Virus record (IMG/VR): IMGVR_UViG_3300031998_000076
Location: 1,391 to 65,390 of that record
Direction: 5' to 3' (one strand)
Length of the DNA: 64,000 bases
Source of the DNA: a virus
Lineage: Duplodnaviria; Caudoviricetes
In this document: one piece after another, positions 17,269 through 26,979 of the stretch
How positions within the stretch are numbered: position 1 is the stretch's first letter
How the letters are laid out: each line of letters opens with the position of its first letter
Translations under genes and position numbers: made by a program
Notes under the pieces: generated by a model
Database searches by the model: none
What the model was told of the DNA's origin: nothing
What the model saw: only the letters and a program-made list of their open reading frames with translations

Positions 17269-17379
17269 TTATTTCTTTTTTCTGTCCTCGTCACTCAGGA
17301 TGACCAGGGCAATCAATTCGATGAAAATCACGCCAACTCCACCAATCAGCATCAATGAAAGATCACGCAGAATGCTCAA
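17269..17379 (-). CDS. 36-aa single-TM peptide (TTG start)
   Basis: AAGGAGGGG RBS; MSILRDLSLMLIGGVGVIFIELIALVILSDEDRKKK. Confidence 0.55.
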   Translation of the reverse strand: MSILRDLSLMLIGGVGVIFIELIALVILSDEDRKKK

Positions 17380-17425
17380 GATCACCCCTCCTTGTTAGAC
17401 GTGTGAAACCCGTGAATTGTATTCT

Positions 17426-17638
17426 TTACTGCTGTTCCTGTTCAAACTCTTCCTGTTCTTCCGGTTCTTCCGGGTCGAAATGAGCATAGAAAACCTCTTT
17501 GGCTTCCTCGCTCATCCATCCATACCGGGCATTGTCTTCAATGAGAAGCACGGCATAGTCGAAAGAGTATTCGCCACGTTCAACACAGGAAATGAATGCT
17601 TTGATGGTACGCTGTTCACGCTTTGTCAGTTCGTTCAT
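17426..17638 (-). CDS. Small protein downstream of the fibre gene (XkdX-like position)
   Basis: ORF track; AGAGAGG RBS; acidic tail. Confidence 0.65.
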   Translation of the reverse strand: MNELTKREQRTIKAFISCVERGEYSFDYAVLLIEDNARYGWMSEEAKEVFYAHFDPEEPEEQEEFEQEQQ

Positions 17639-17656
17639 GGTAGTTTCCTCTCTTTC

Positions 17657-19816
17657 TTAATTCTCAAGGATCAACGCTTGCAGTTCGGTCACTTTTTTGT
17701 CGATATACCCCTTTGTGTCGCACGGGTATTCCATGCTGACAACGTTACCCGTGTCACAAAAAATGTTATTCTGCCCTTTCAGCAACTCTATCACTTCAAG
17801 TGCGGACAGGGTGTATTCAACGGGGGTGGCGAGTTTATAAACAAGTTGTGAACCGGACAATGCTGTTTTAAACGTTTGTGGGTCGGTGTAGTCCGAATCT
17901 TGAATCAGTACCGTTGTATTATTGCTTCTCTTGCAAATCTTCTTATCATAGTTTGAACCTTGAAAAGAAGATAGTGACATAGCACCAACAGGAGCATAAC
18001 GAGAACACATGATTGTTATGTCACCGGCAAGAGTGATTGCCGGTGAATCAGACAGGGTTGTGATAAATACAGGGTATGTTCCTGTTGTATTGCGACTGTA
18101 GTTGATTCCACCCATATCAACGCTGACATCAGTTACCGTCAGCACCCCTGTCCCGTCCCGCATCAGTTTCAGCGTACCGCCGAATACTGTTCCGGGTGGG
18201 TTGGGGAAGGTGACGGAAATGGTCTGACCGCTGAAAGCAGAATAGGATGATGCGGATGAACCGATTTCAATTTGACTATGCGGTGTTATTGATGAAATGT
18301 CTGTTGATGATACGTTTCGCATGGAGATTCTGAACGATGCTTCTTTGCTTAAAGTGAATGAAACAGATTGTGTTGCCGTGTTAACGGCATTTTCAACGTC
18401 ATCACTCCACCATCTTGTTATGTAGCAGTTTTCCAAGTCTGTGCTGAATGTGTACGACCCGGCTTTAAGTTTCATAATGTATGAAACATAGCTATCACTG
18501 CTGTTGTAAACGCCATCATTGTTATAGTACCCTCTTAAGAGTTCACTATCATCCAACAGGTTCTTCCCCGTCCTGCACGGATTCGCCCCTGTCCAGCCGG
18601 TGATGGGGCAGATGTTGGAGTAGGGTGTCCATGTGGTTTGCGCAGTTGTGGAAAGCACGATTCCAACAGTATCGTTGTAGTTAACTCCAGACGTAACGTT
18701 AAAACCAAAGAATACTTCCGTTTCGGATTCCAACGTGAACGGATTACTGTATATTGCGGTGTTGTTGCTGTTTTTCGCTATAATCAGACTCAACGTATTT
18801 GTATTCCCAAATGCGTACTTATAATATGTCCCCGGCTGCAATGTTATAGGTTTCGTCCGCAGATAAGGGAACCCGCCATCTGAATCTGCAAGTCCAACCA
18901 GTTTGTACTTACCAGTAGCCTCGTCCAACGACATAATCACATTGTTACGGGTTAGGCTGGAATCTCCTTGGATAGTCGGATTAAATATATTCGCTCCACC
19001 CCCCGCAGGCCACGGATTTTCATAACCGTGTAAATCCTGTACAGGTTCAATGCTGAACACAATCTCATCCACAGGCATCCCGTCCGCACCGTCAGGGATA
19101 GACGCTATAGAAACGTTTGATACGGTGTCGTGGATCAGATCAGCTTTCCCGTCAATTGCGCTCATTAAAGTGGTTGACTCAGCTCCAACGTTAGTCTCAT
19201 CCCAATGCGCAGCGGTCCAGCTTTCTGCATTTGGAATGTTCTGATTTGCGACATAATACCCATTCTCGTGAGTACAATGCTGACCGGCAACAACAGGGAA
19301 TGTGAGATCCGCATAGTCAGGAGCGAGCATATTTCCATTCCCAGGCTCGCCCGTGTTTCCCCTGGGTATAGTCAGACTCAGGACAGGATTCTCAGGGGTG
19401 CCAGACATGGAAGCAGAAGCAGAGGATCCCGCAGCCCCCGTTGTGACAGTTCCAATAGAAATGTTCGGAGTTGCACCCGTGGGGCCCGTTGCACCTGTCT
19501 CACCGGTTGCCCCTCGAATCGAGGTAGTGGTGTAAGAATTACCATTCGTATAATTGATAGTGAGCGTATAATCCTGATTCAGAACGATGGAAGAGATGCC
19601 ATTGCCTGTGGCGCCCGTTTCACCTTTCTCACCATCCATGACATCGAAAGAATGATCCCCATCGTCATCCGTAATGGTTATCCGATGCCCTCCTGTGATT
19701 TCTGTGACAGAGACAGTAGGAGAATTGCCCTGTTCCCCCTTCTGTCCTCTCGGTCCGATAATGGCCGGAATAGGAACCCATTCGCCATTGACCTTGACTT
19801 TCAGTATGTCCATCAC
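17657..19816 (-). CDS. Collagen-repeat fibre/accessory virion protein
   Basis: GPRGQKGEQG and GATGETGATGPTG GXY repeats, LSLTIPRG motif, beta-rich C-terminal domains (QIEIGSSASSY, LVYKLATP). Confidence 0.75.
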   Translation of the reverse strand: MMDILKVKVNGEWVPIPAIIGPRGQKGEQGNSPTVSVTEITGGHRITITDDDGDHSFDVMDGEKGETGATGNGISSIVLNQDYTLTINYTNGNSYTTTSIRGATGETGATGPTGATPNISIGTVTTGAAGSSASASMSGTPENPVLSLTIPRGNTGEPGNGNMLAPDYADLTFPVVAGQHCTHENGYYVANQNIPNAESWTAAHWDETNVGAESTTLMSAIDGKADLIHDTVSNVSIASIPDGADGMPVDEIVFSIEPVQDLHGYENPWPAGGGANIFNPTIQGDSSLTRNNVIMSLDEATGKYKLVGLADSDGGFPYLRTKPITLQPGTYYKYAFGNTNTLSLIIAKNSNNTAIYSNPFTLESETEVFFGFNVTSGVNYNDTVGIVLSTTAQTTWTPYSNICPITGWTGANPCRTGKNLLDDSELLRGYYNNDGVYNSSDSYVSYIMKLKAGSYTFSTDLENCYITRWWSDDVENAVNTATQSVSFTLSKEASFRISMRNVSSTDISSITPHSQIEIGSSASSYSAFSGQTISVTFPNPPGTVFGGTLKLMRDGTGVLTVTDVSVDMGGINYSRNTTGTYPVFITTLSDSPAITLAGDITIMCSRYAPVGAMSLSSFQGSNYDKKICKRSNNTTVLIQDSDYTDPQTFKTALSGSQLVYKLATPVEYTLSALEVIELLKGQNNIFCDTGNVVSMEYPCDTKGYIDKKVTELQALILEN

Positions 19817-19825
19817 GGCACCTCC

Positions 19826-20623
19826 TTACGATACAATAATGGAAATGTTCTCGAAGTCTTCTGCTGTCATGGCATTGCCACTACCCGGCTTTTGGAACGA
19901 GAACACGGCAGCGTTGACGCCTTCATCTACTGTAATAATCCTGTCGCCAAGAGACACATTAGGATCATAAGCAGTATCAGACCCGCTGATCCGTTTTGCA
20001 TAAACCGCATAAGAGGAATGATCCACACTGTAATCGCAAGCCTCATCACAATTCATCTGCTGAACCGTACAGCGAATATTGGAAGGGCAGGATACATTGA
20101 TTGTGGAAGCATTCTTCCCGAGAGGGATCGGGTAGACAGGAGAAGAATAATCCGAATACAGTTTCTTTTCTGTTGCCGGAGTGAGCTGGACAACGCAAGC
20201 ATAATGCTCTCCAGACCCAAGGTTCGTGTGAACCACATAATCTCTTCCCGTGAACGGTGTGGTGGTGTATGTCAGGAACACCTCATAAGAGAGCTCATTC
20301 GTCGCAGAGATCTCACAAGTCGCACTATGAGATCCACAAGTGGCCGTGATAACACAACTGCCGACTCCTACCTGGGTGACAACACCGGACGCGACGGTCG
20401 CAACATTTTCATTACTCGTACTCCAGGAAATCGAGTCGGTTGTGTCCGCAGGAGTAATGGTGGGCACAAGAGTAAACGTTTGCCCGATTTTTGTGAACTC
20501 AAGAGAGCCTGCATTCAGCCTGATGCTTGTGCAAGGCTTTGTATCATTGATCTTGACCGTGGTAAGACGATTCGTTCCAAAGTCAACATTCTTTATAACA
20601 AGCGCTTTACCCATTTCTTTCAC
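19826..20623 (-). CDS. Ig-like (Big_2) domain protein
   Basis: LVPTITPADTTDSISWSTSNENVATVASGVVTQVGVGSCVITATCG. Confidence 0.8.
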   Translation of the reverse strand: MKEMGKALVIKNVDFGTNRLTTVKINDTKPCTSIRLNAGSLEFTKIGQTFTLVPTITPADTTDSISWSTSNENVATVASGVVTQVGVGSCVITATCGSHSATCEISATNELSYEVFLTYTTTPFTGRDYVVHTNLGSGEHYACVVQLTPATEKKLYSDYSSPVYPIPLGKNASTINVSCPSNIRCTVQQMNCDEACDYSVDHSSYAVYAKRISGSDTAYDPNVSLGDRIITVDEGVNAAVFSFQKPGSGNAMTAEDFENISIIVS

Positions 20624-20627
20624 CCTC

Positions 20628-22457
20628 TCAATAATTTATTACCCGTTCTCCAGCCTCTGTCAGAGAAGCATCTTGTTCGCTGTCACCCGTGTCATACGCG
20701 CCAACACGGACAGCGGTGAATTTCTTGTTCTTTTTATCGACAACACAAACATCAAACGCCTGTTCCGTTATCGTTCCAGGAATCCTGTTGGACAGCCAGG
20801 GCTCAAGATCTTCACCTGTGGCAGCACCCCACTTGTCGCAAGTCGTTATCATAATGGGTATCCCGGCATCAGATGTCTTAATCCCATCAACATGAGTATG
20901 TCCCTGAATGATAATAACATCGGTGTTATTTGCGGTAGCAGTTGTTCCGATAAGATCCAGGACTGCTTTCTTTGTGTTGTTAATAGTCATCTCAGGATAC
21001 CGCATATCCGGTACCGCATAGAAAGAATGCGTAAAGATAATAAGCATCCACCCGGACTCAACAACCATTGCCTCACCCGTCAACCAATCGAGCTGCGTCT
21101 GTTCATAACCATTGTTGGCAGGACTTGAAGGAGAATCAGCCTCCGCATAAGCATTCAGACAGATATACCGGATCTTTGCCTTTGGATTATCAATGTAGAA
21201 ATATCGCCTGTCGGAATTTCCGATCTCATCGTCAAAAGAGGAAGTAAGCATATATGCCAGCGTAGAATCCGACGCGCCGCCAAGATACTCATGATTCCCG
21301 CAAAGCTGATAAGTTCTGCCACCCATCGAGCGCCGGAACTCATCCGCATACTGGAAATTGCCAGAGTTCATCAGATCTCCACCGCAGAACAACTTGTTGA
21401 TCCGACACTTCTGGGCAATGTAATGGATCAATTTAAAAGAATGATGCGTATTCTTCGCGCAATCATTGTCCATGTGCTGATCAGTAATGAAAATAAAAGC
21501 ATCTCCGCCATTGCTATGCTCCATGAGATACTTAATTCTTTCGCACTTCTCATCCAAATATTCAGGATAATATGAAGGCACCTCAAAAGGATCTGTCGTG
21601 TCCGTCTTCTTGGTTTTCAGATAACCATTTTGCAACCGGAGAATAACATTCCCTGTACTGTCCACAAAGTCAAGATCAACACCCTCTGCATCCGTCTGCC
21701 TTGCGGAAGCATCACTCATGGAATCAGAATCAAAATACAATGTTTTAATTCCGCCATTCTGAAAACGGACAAGCACATTTCCATCCTCATCCGTCAAGTC
21801 GAGATCCACATTCTCAGCGTCGGTTTCCTCGATTGTCGGGACGCTTTCCCCACTCCCATTCGGATCAATCCATACATTTACTTTCGGATCTGTGGGCGTT
21901 TCTTCTCCATAATAAACACCGGACTCACCAGTTTCTCCCTTATCCCCCTTCGGGATTCCGAATGAAAATGTTCCCTCCGAATAAGAGGCAGAGGCCGGAT
22001 CACCAGGATTAAGAGTTGTTGCCTCTGCTCCCGGATGCTCCAGCAATTCAGCGGCGGCCTCCGCCCGGTCCGCCTCTTCTTTTACCTGCTGCACCCAGCT
22101 TTCCCAGGGCTCAGGAGGATTACCGGAACCATCCAGCGCATTGTCCGTAAAGGTGGTGTAAATGTACGATTTGACGATCACATTGTCCTGACAGGCAATC
22201 AGCTCACACTCGCCATTTCCACGATGCGCGACATCCGCGCTTTGGACGGTCCACAGAAGATAATCCCCATCGATCTGAACACCGATGACAGGATAACCCG
22301 CAGGATCTCCAGGGCGCTTGTTCAGCAGAGTAAACGTGGCATTCGGATATTCCTTCTTCACATCTTCAAGAGGGAACCGGATGATTCGCGCCTCATTTTC
22401 TCCCAGACGCCCGAGCTGGATCACCTTCTCCTTCGTTACATCAATAATCATATTCAC
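20628..22457 (-). CDS. BppU-like N-terminus fused to a calcineurin-like metallophosphoesterase
   Basis: N-terminal QLGRLGENEARIIRF...LLWTV..ADVAHRGNGECEL; C-terminal ITDQH, GGDLMN, CGNHE, FTHS, GHTH motifs. Confidence 0.75.
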   Translation of the reverse strand: MNMIIDVTKEKVIQLGRLGENEARIIRFPLEDVKKEYPNATFTLLNKRPGDPAGYPVIGVQIDGDYLLWTVQSADVAHRGNGECELIACQDNVIVKSYIYTTFTDNALDGSGNPPEPWESWVQQVKEEADRAEAAAELLEHPGAEATTLNPGDPASASYSEGTFSFGIPKGDKGETGESGVYYGEETPTDPKVNVWIDPNGSGESVPTIEETDAENVDLDLTDEDGNVLVRFQNGGIKTLYFDSDSMSDASARQTDAEGVDLDFVDSTGNVILRLQNGYLKTKKTDTTDPFEVPSYYPEYLDEKCERIKYLMEHSNGGDAFIFITDQHMDNDCAKNTHHSFKLIHYIAQKCRINKLFCGGDLMNSGNFQYADEFRRSMGGRTYQLCGNHEYLGGASDSTLAYMLTSSFDDEIGNSDRRYFYIDNPKAKIRYICLNAYAEADSPSSPANNGYEQTQLDWLTGEAMVVESGWMLIIFTHSFYAVPDMRYPEMTINNTKKAVLDLIGTTATANNTDVIIIQGHTHVDGIKTSDAGIPIMITTCDKWGAATGEDLEPWLSNRIPGTITEQAFDVCVVDKKNKKFTAVRVGAYDTGDSEQDASLTEAGERVINY

Positions 22458-22478
22458 ACCACCTTTACGGGAATATTA

Positions 22479-22754
22479 TCATTCGTCTACATCTTTCCTG
22501 TCATCCCAGGGCTCATCATAAGACATGGCTCGATTGCTGTCCTCAATGCCAGCAGTAGTAGGATCTACGATCACACCGATAAGACCCAGGAAAGTCAGCG
22601 CCTGGGTAACAATCTCGATGACCTGATTCTGAGTAAACTTCGGATACACATCGAACATGGCCAGGATATTAAAAACGAACCCGATGATAAGACTCAGGAA
22701 CGTCGCAAGCCAGACCTTGTTCTTGAAACGGACTTTCCAGTTAATCTTGTTCAT
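22479..22754 (-). CDS. Holin (phi-LC3/Phage_holin_1 type)
   Basis: INWKVRFKNKVW, two TM segments, GVIVDPTTAGIEDSNRAM. Confidence 0.88.
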   Translation of the reverse strand: MNKINWKVRFKNKVWLATFLSLIIGFVFNILAMFDVYPKFTQNQVIEIVTQALTFLGLIGVIVDPTTAGIEDSNRAMSYDEPWDDRKDVDE

Positions 22755-22768
22755 TGATTTTTCTCCTT

Positions 22769-23125
22769 TCATAACTGCATAGGCAATTCTTTGAACTGTT
22801 CATAGAGATCACTCATGACACTGTTTGGCCCAAGCGCCTCATACTGCTGATACATATTGTGGATGTTTTCCCGGTCACTATATCCAGCGTAACCTTGATT
22901 GATATAATGCCGGAAAGCCTGGAGCAGACGATCTCTCAATAATGCCTGGACACCAAGCATTGTTGCCTTGTTCTGCTTCTCAAGCTGTTCATTCTGCTTT
23001 CGGATCTCATCCTGTTTCTGATCTCTGCTCTTCAGCATTCCTTTCAAGATCAGCGTAAACACCAGGACAATGATTCCAGGAATGCCGGCGAGACTCAACC
23101 ATTGATAGACAGACATTTTAACCAC
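22769..23125 (-). CDS. Lysis-cassette membrane protein
   Basis: N-terminal TM, coiled coil, ALLRDRL...YEALGPN motif; adjacent to the holin. Confidence 0.7.
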   Translation of the reverse strand: MVKMSVYQWLSLAGIPGIIVLVFTLILKGMLKSRDQKQDEIRKQNEQLEKQNKATMLGVQALLRDRLLQAFRHYINQGYAGYSDRENIHNMYQQYEALGPNSVMSDLYEQFKELPMQL

Positions 23126-23131
23126 TCCTTT

Positions 23132-23551
23132 CTATGCAAGCTGCACAACAATATTTTCATAATTCCGTTCACCTGTTACATTGGTCCAGAATCTGAAAGC
23201 AAGTGTTTTGCCGACATTATCATCGACAATGGTATATGTGACATTCTTCGTTTTTCTGTTCGATCCATCAGAATCACAGATAACAAAGACGTCACTGTCT
23301 GCCAGTCCATCACCGGTTCTTGAAACAGTCATTCCGACCATTGCGGAAGTAATATCTGCGATCTTAAACAGAAGCATTGCCGTATTTACTTCCACTTCGA
23401 TATCCATCGTCAGAGAATCCTTCGCATTGATTGTATATGTGTTTCCTGTTGGAAAACCGCTTTTAAACAGCAATGTTTCTTCCGAAAGATTGATGAGATT
23501 CTGTTCTCCGCCGGATGCGGCCTTCATCATCATGAGCCTTCTGATGTCCAC
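23132..23551 (-). CDS. Hypothetical virion-associated protein
   Basis: MDIRRLMMMKAASGG leader followed by a beta-rich body. Confidence 0.6.
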   Translation of the reverse strand: MDIRRLMMMKAASGGEQNLINLSEETLLFKSGFPTGNTYTINAKDSLTMDIEVEVNTAMLLFKIADITSAMVGMTVSRTGDGLADSDVFVICDSDGSNRKTKNVTYTIVDDNVGKTLAFRFWTNVTGERNYENIVVQLA

Positions 23552-23555
23552 GAGA

Positions 23556-23759
23556 TCACCCCATCAATGCACAGATCTTGTGCCAGGTTTCTCCTGCCTC
23601 GTCATAGGCATAGACATCTCCGGTATCCACTTCAGTAAACAGACTCCCCGTGGCAACACCATCGGTGGGTTTACTGTCGTTTTTTAATCCTGAAAACTCA
23701 TAGAACTTGACCGGATCTTCGCCATAGTCCAGCTGAACGATATTTGTTGCTCTTACCAT
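23556..23759 (-). CDS. Small conserved phage protein
   Basis: KPTDGVATGSLFTEVDTGDVYAYD...W motif. Confidence 0.65.
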   Translation of the reverse strand: MVRATNIVQLDYGEDPVKFYEFSGLKNDSKPTDGVATGSLFTEVDTGDVYAYDEAGETWHKICALMG

Positions 23760-23761
23760 GT

Positions 23762-24589
23762 TTACTTCTCCTCCTCTTTTTCACTTCCGGGATATTTTGA
23801 TATAAGCGAATTTGCTTCAGATGCCGTGAGATGATGGATAATAACCGTAAACTTCGGCGCGGCCTGACCTCCATCCAGCTTATCCCATGTATCTTTCCCG
23901 ATGATCCCATCCACCGTGAGATTGTTATCAAGCTGGAAGGTTTTCACGGCCTTTTCAGTCGCCGTGCCAAAACTCCCATCCACACCCCATTTTCCGAGAT
24001 CATATCCCTGGTTCAGCAACTCCGTCTGAGCCAAAGTGACATACACACCTTTGTCTCCCTTTTTCAGAGTCGGTCTGCTGACAGGAACATCTCCGTACTC
24101 GACATCCTTAAGCTCACCCCAATGCGTCCATTTTGCTGCGGTGAGTTTTGATGTCGTGACTCCGTTAATCGTACTCATGGCCTCGATCACGATCCCATCT
24201 CCGACAAACAACCCGACATGAGAATATTTCGTTCCATTCCATACGAACACAGCAGTACCAGGCTTCAGCGCTTTCCCATCTGTCCTGATGCCTTTTTTCA
24301 GCTCTCCATGATCAGTGCAATACTTCCGGTACATAGTATCTGAACCATGATACATATATGATCCCAGCTTCTTGAATGCCCAGGAGAACAACCCACTGCA
24401 ATCCGCGACGTAATGACCGATCCATTTCGATCCATATTTCCGGCCCTGGGCGCGGTCGGCGTCTGTGGTCTTCTCGAGCTTTTCCTGCTTCGCCTCAGTC
24501 CATTTTTCACCAGCGGTTGCCCAGATATACCCCCACTTCTCTTTGAGGGCATATTTGAACTTCTCAACCAGATCCGTTGCTTTTATCAT
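23762..24589 (-). CDS. Endolysin: NlpC/P60 peptidase plus PG_binding_1
   Basis: ADCSGL (Cys), SHVGLFVG (His); LKKGDKGVYVTLAQTEL...DGSFGTATEKAVKTFQLDNNLTVDGIIGKDTW. Confidence 0.88.
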   Translation of the reverse strand: MIKATDLVEKFKYALKEKWGYIWATAGEKWTEAKQEKLEKTTDADRAQGRKYGSKWIGHYVADCSGLFSWAFKKLGSYMYHGSDTMYRKYCTDHGELKKGIRTDGKALKPGTAVFVWNGTKYSHVGLFVGDGIVIEAMSTINGVTTSKLTAAKWTHWGELKDVEYGDVPVSRPTLKKGDKGVYVTLAQTELLNQGYDLGKWGVDGSFGTATEKAVKTFQLDNNLTVDGIIGKDTWDKLDGGQAAPKFTVIIHHLTASEANSLISKYPGSEKEEEK

Positions 24590-24599
24590 TCAGATCACC

Positions 24600-25076
24600 T
24601 CACTTTCCGAGAACTTTTGTATTGAATGCCGATGCCGTGATCAGCGTTCCGGCAGTAAAATGCGAGTCAGACATTACAGCGCCCTTTGTGGTTACTGTGC
24701 CTGTCTGACTCCTGTCCGTTGCCATGATCTTGTTTCCTGTTTTTACAGAAGTGTAAGGAACATCCTCTGTCTCAAACTCAATTCCGATACCAACAGACTT
24801 GTTTTCATCCGTTGTGTTTCTGACAATAACCTTTGCCGTTGTCCCGTCCGACCAGGATATGTCTTTTGTGTCCGTACTCCACTTCTCCCATCCGATATTA
24901 TTGGATGGATCTTTCAGGACAATGCCACTGTAATAACCAGATCTGACGATTCTGAACCTTTTGAACTTTCTCCCGCTTGGGACCGTATACGCAGGAATCG
25001 TTATTGTTTTGTTGCCAATGGAAGATCCTGTTTTGACAGTCCCTCTCCACCAGCTCGTATACGTATAAGTTGCCAT
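24600..25076 (-). CDS. Hypothetical tail-associated protein
   Basis: ORF track; follows the tail fibre gene. Confidence 0.6.
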   Translation of the reverse strand: MATYTYTSWWRGTVKTGSSIGNKTITIPAYTVPSGRKFKRFRIVRSGYYSGIVLKDPSNNIGWEKWSTDTKDISWSDGTTAKVIVRNTTDENKSVGIGIEFETEDVPYTSVKTGNKIMATDRSQTGTVTTKGAVMSDSHFTAGTLITASAFNTKVLGK

Positions 25077-25080
25077 AGGA

Positions 25081-26973
25081 TCACCTCACATAGATCCAGA
25101 TGCGTCCTTTCACCTGGATAGCCTGTGGATTATCCTTTGGTCCGCCGTAGAAGATATCATAAGACGGGATCTCACTCACGATGCCTACGATCCGTTCAGG
25201 ATACTCCCGGATCTCATCCCTGGTCATGATGTCAACCTTGCCTCCGGGAGCAGAACAAACCGCGTCGCCGAGTTGATATTCCGACACACCGCGGAAGGGA
25301 TATGCCAGGACTCTGCCGGAAACCGCAACAGGAGTCTTTGCCTCATCCGTTTCACCCATGCACGTGCCAAACGTGTCCGAAGTGAGTCTGCACCCGGGCA
25401 GCAGCCGATCATGAGAGATTTTCATTATCCCGTCAGAAGACTCAACCAGGCACAAACCAGCCTCAACCGTTTCGGCCTGTCTGCATTCAGCATAGTCATT
25501 CCACACGGCATTCCAGACCTGGGAACCATAGATCTTGCCAGCAACACCAAGTCCTCCAGCGATCCTTACCGCACCGGTCACCGTAGAAGAAGCATCCGTA
25601 GTGTCGGAGAAAAGAGTTGCTCCCGTGACTTCGCCTCCGGCCAGCGGAAGGAAATCGGAAGAATTGACCGATGTATAAGTCCTGTTCGCGACACTGGTGA
25701 TCCGGCCATACTGATCCACAACAATCTGAGGAATCAGGATAGTGCTGCCATCACTACCTGTGACATCCGCGGAAGGACCATACGTGCCGGCGGTCACTCC
25801 GCTCAGGGCGAGCGAGAACACTCCGCCGCTCAGATTCAGCCCGGCACCATTGGAATAAGTCGAGTTCTTGGACGTGTACACCTTGTTCGACACAGATGTG
25901 ATCCGCCCGTCTGCTCCGACAGTAAACGCAGGAATGGAAATCGTGGTTCCTTCATTGCCTGTGACATTGGCGCTCGGTCCATAAGATCCGGCCGTTGCTC
26001 CGCTTGCAGCAACCGAGAAAGCACTTCCGTTCAGCGCAATCCCCGACCCGGCAGTATACGTGTTTCCCTTTGCCGTGAACACCTTGTTCTGAATGCTCGT
26101 GATCCGGCCATATGCGTCAACAGTAAAATACGGAACGTTCATCGTCGTTCCGTCATTCCCTGTGACATCTGCGGGAGGCCCGTAACTTCCGGCAGATGCT
26201 CCGCTTGTGTTAAGCGAAAACGTTGTCCCCGCAAGACTCAACCCTGTTCCTGCATAATACGTATCGCCTTTGGGCGTACCCCATGTGCCATCCGACTTAA
26301 GGAACTTGTCAATCAACCCGGAAGTCGGCGCCGGAACAAGGCCAGCCTTTCCTGCGGCACCGGATGTCGCTCCTGTAAACGCGAGCAGAGACGCAACAAC
26401 ATTGCCATCATTCCCAACAACCAGGAACTTCCCGGCATTCGCGGAAGTCTGATCCGCATTCACTTTCTTCGCCAGCTCAGACTCCATGGTCCCGAAACTT
26501 ACAAAAGCCTCAGGATCTACATCCAGTTCGATTGAAATGGTATTATCAATCACAAGCGTTGCCACAAGGGTATAGGCAAAATCCGGGAAACTCTCCGCAA
26601 GAGGAATCGGAATGCCATCTCCGGTTTCATTGAAATAGGCAACCATCACAGAGGTAGTAGTTCCGCCGCTTGTCGCGTTGACAAACAGCCCTATTTCCTT
26701 CATGGTATAAGTTTCCGTGAAACCCGTTACCCTCATTCTGAATTGGATTCCAGCCACCTGGTTACTGTCCGCATAAACCACATTCTTTGCTTCCACAATG
26801 CCTGTGGTCTTCTGTGAAACAAGCGCCGTTGCAGCTCTCCTGTCAGCATCGCTTGCTTTTGTTCCTGTTCCGGTTTTCACCGTGTCAATACTCAGGGTCT
26901 GCCCACTCTGGGCATACGAAGCAAAAAGGTTGCTTCCCGCGTTTGTGATCACTCCTACCCAAGCCATTATCAT
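25081..26973 (-). CDS. Tail fibre: collar-like N-terminus, three 67-aa repeats, C-terminal autocleavage-chaperone-like domain
   Basis: VITNAGSNL...MKEIGLF collar pattern; repeats at 25657-26259; WNDYAEC...IVGIVSE...GRIWIYVR tail. Confidence 0.8.
   Translation of the reverse strand: MIMAWVGVITNAGSNLFASYAQSGQTLSIDTVKTGTGTKASDADRRAATALVSQKTTGIVEAKNVVYADSNQVAGIQFRMRVTGFTETYTMKEIGLFVNATSGGTTTSVMVAYFNETGDGIPIPLAESFPDFAYTLVATLVIDNTISIELDVDPEAFVSFGTMESELAKKVNADQTSANAGKFLVVGNDGNVVASLLAFTGATSGAAGKAGLVPAPTSGLIDKFLKSDGTWGTPKGDTYYAGTGLSLAGTTFSLNTSGASAGSYGPPADVTGNDGTTMNVPYFTVDAYGRITSIQNKVFTAKGNTYTAGSGIALNGSAFSVAASGATAGSYGPSANVTGNEGTTISIPAFTVGADGRITSVSNKVYTSKNSTYSNGAGLNLSGGVFSLALSGVTAGTYGPSADVTGSDGSTILIPQIVVDQYGRITSVANRTYTSVNSSDFLPLAGGEVTGATLFSDTTDASSTVTGAVRIAGGLGVAGKIYGSQVWNAVWNDYAECRQAETVEAGLCLVESSDGIMKISHDRLLPGCRLTSDTFGTCMGETDEAKTPVAVSGRVLAYPFRGVSEYQLGDAVCSAPGGKVDIMTRDEIREYPERIVGIVSEIPSYDIFYGGPKDNPQAIQVKGRIWIYVR
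25657..26259 (-). repeat. Three tandem 201-bp (67-aa) coding repeats
   Basis: Y.AG.GL.L.G..FSL..SG..AG.YGP.ADVTG..G.T..P...VD.YGRITS starting at 26259, 26058 and 25857; a fourth copy at 29932-30132. Confidence 0.85.
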
Positions 26974-26979
26974 TCCCCC

